Assembly: GCA_977017645.1 (NCBI GenBank)
Contig: OZ360247.1
Coordinates: forward strand, 19,096,001 to 19,160,000
Length of the DNA stretch: 64,000 nt
Direction: 5' to 3'
Origin: Torpedo marmorata
Lineage: Eukaryota
Shown: piece by piece, positions 62,989-64,000 of the stretch
Numbering within the stretch: position 1 is the stretch's first letter
How the letters are laid out: every line of letters starts with the position of its first letter
The notes under the pieces: model-generated
Databases searched by the model: none
What the model was told of the DNA's origin: nothing
What the model saw: only the letters and a program-made list of their open reading frames with translations
Position numbers and translations under genes: made by a program

Positions 62989-63795
62989 TCATATATCCTT
63001 GGAAAGAATAATTTGTAAGTCATTCTCCCAAGCACTCTTAATTTTATTCATAGAAACGCAATGTATTTTAGAAATTAATCCATAAATGAATCCTATTAAA
63101 CCCTTTTGACAAGGATTTAACCGAAAAAATAAGTCAATACAATTACTATCATGGGAGAACGGAAAAGTAGTAACTTGGTTTCTCAGAAAATCTCTAACTT
63201 GTAAGTATCTAAAAAAATGGAAATTAGGGAGATTAAATTTATGTGACAAATGCTCAAAAGTCATAAAACAGCCGTCTACAAATAAGTCAAAAAATGAAGT
63301 GATACCCTTTTCTTTCCATTTATGAAAAACACGATCAAGGCAAGATGGAGGAAAAAAGAAATTATTAATAATCGAAGCGGATAAAGAAAACAATTTCAGT
63401 TCAAAACAGCACCTGAATTGAAACCAAATTCGTAACGAATTTTTGACGACCGAACTGCCAATTAATTTATTTGCCTTCACCAAAGAAAACAGAAGGGAAG
63501 GACCAAGAGCCAGAGCAAATTTGTTAAAACCTTTCAGCTCCATGGATGTCCATTCTGGGCAGTCTGATTTATCCATGTAATGAATCCAGAAAATAATATA
63601 TTTAATATTAATAGCCCAATAATAATATCTCAGGTAATGGCAAAGCAAAGCCCCATCTTTTTTTGATTTTTGTAAATGAGATTTATTCAACCTTGGACTC
63701 TTGTTGTTCCAAACATACGTAGAGATAATAGATTCAACCGAGTCAAAAAATTTCTTTGGTATAAAAATCGGAATTGCCTGGAATAAATGTAAATA
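62989..63795 (-). mobile_element. L1 ORF2 post-RT fragment
   Basis: FQAIPIFIPKKFFD, YYYWAINIK, FFRYLQVRDF. Confidence 0.85.
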
Positions 63796-64000
63796 ACAGA
63801 TTAGAGAATATTTTACCTGTAATTATCTCGAACGACCAAACAGGATTTATTAAAAATCGAAACTCACATTTTAATATTCGACGTTTAATTAATATAATTT
63901 ACTCTCCACCATCTAAAGTCACTGAATTTATTATTACATTAGATGCGGAAAAAGCTTTTGACAGGGTTGAGTGGCCATATGTATTTGAAATTTTGAAAAG
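63792..64000 (+). mobile_element. L1 RT N-terminal fragment, inverted relative to its neighbour; runs off the window
   Basis: RLENILPVIISNDQTGFIKNR..LDAEKAFDRVEW. Confidence 0.85.

Overview
Vertebrate genomic DNA, most consistent with a cartilaginous fish (ray/shark), inferred from HE1-type V-SINEs and abundant CR1, Rex1/Babar, L1/Tx1 and Penelope repeats. It is not prokaryotic and has no CRISPR array. One host gene is supported: a + strand tensin-4 (TNS4/CTEN)-like gene with six phase-compatible GT-AG coding exons from 43668 to 62873, ending inside the SH2 domain; the rest lies beyond the window. The remainder is mostly nested mobile DNA. From 1 to 14700 a Penelope element is split by a full-length L1 (which itself holds a second L1 and a solo LTR) and by a complete Gypsy element. 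Further on are Rex1/Babar and CR1 copies, solo LTRs, piggyBac and hAT MITEs, SINEs and about ten minisatellites. Most notable: (1) the Gypsy element has no tRNA PBS but a perfect 14-nt complement to its own LTR, suggesting self-priming; (2) one clear and one probable head-to-head, tails-out pair of Rex1 LINEs at a single site; (3) a Rex1 copy flanked by a 314-bp target duplication; (4) inverted G4-rich 33-bp arrays bracketing a TNS4 exon. All calls were made by eye, and family names are from recall rather than database searches.
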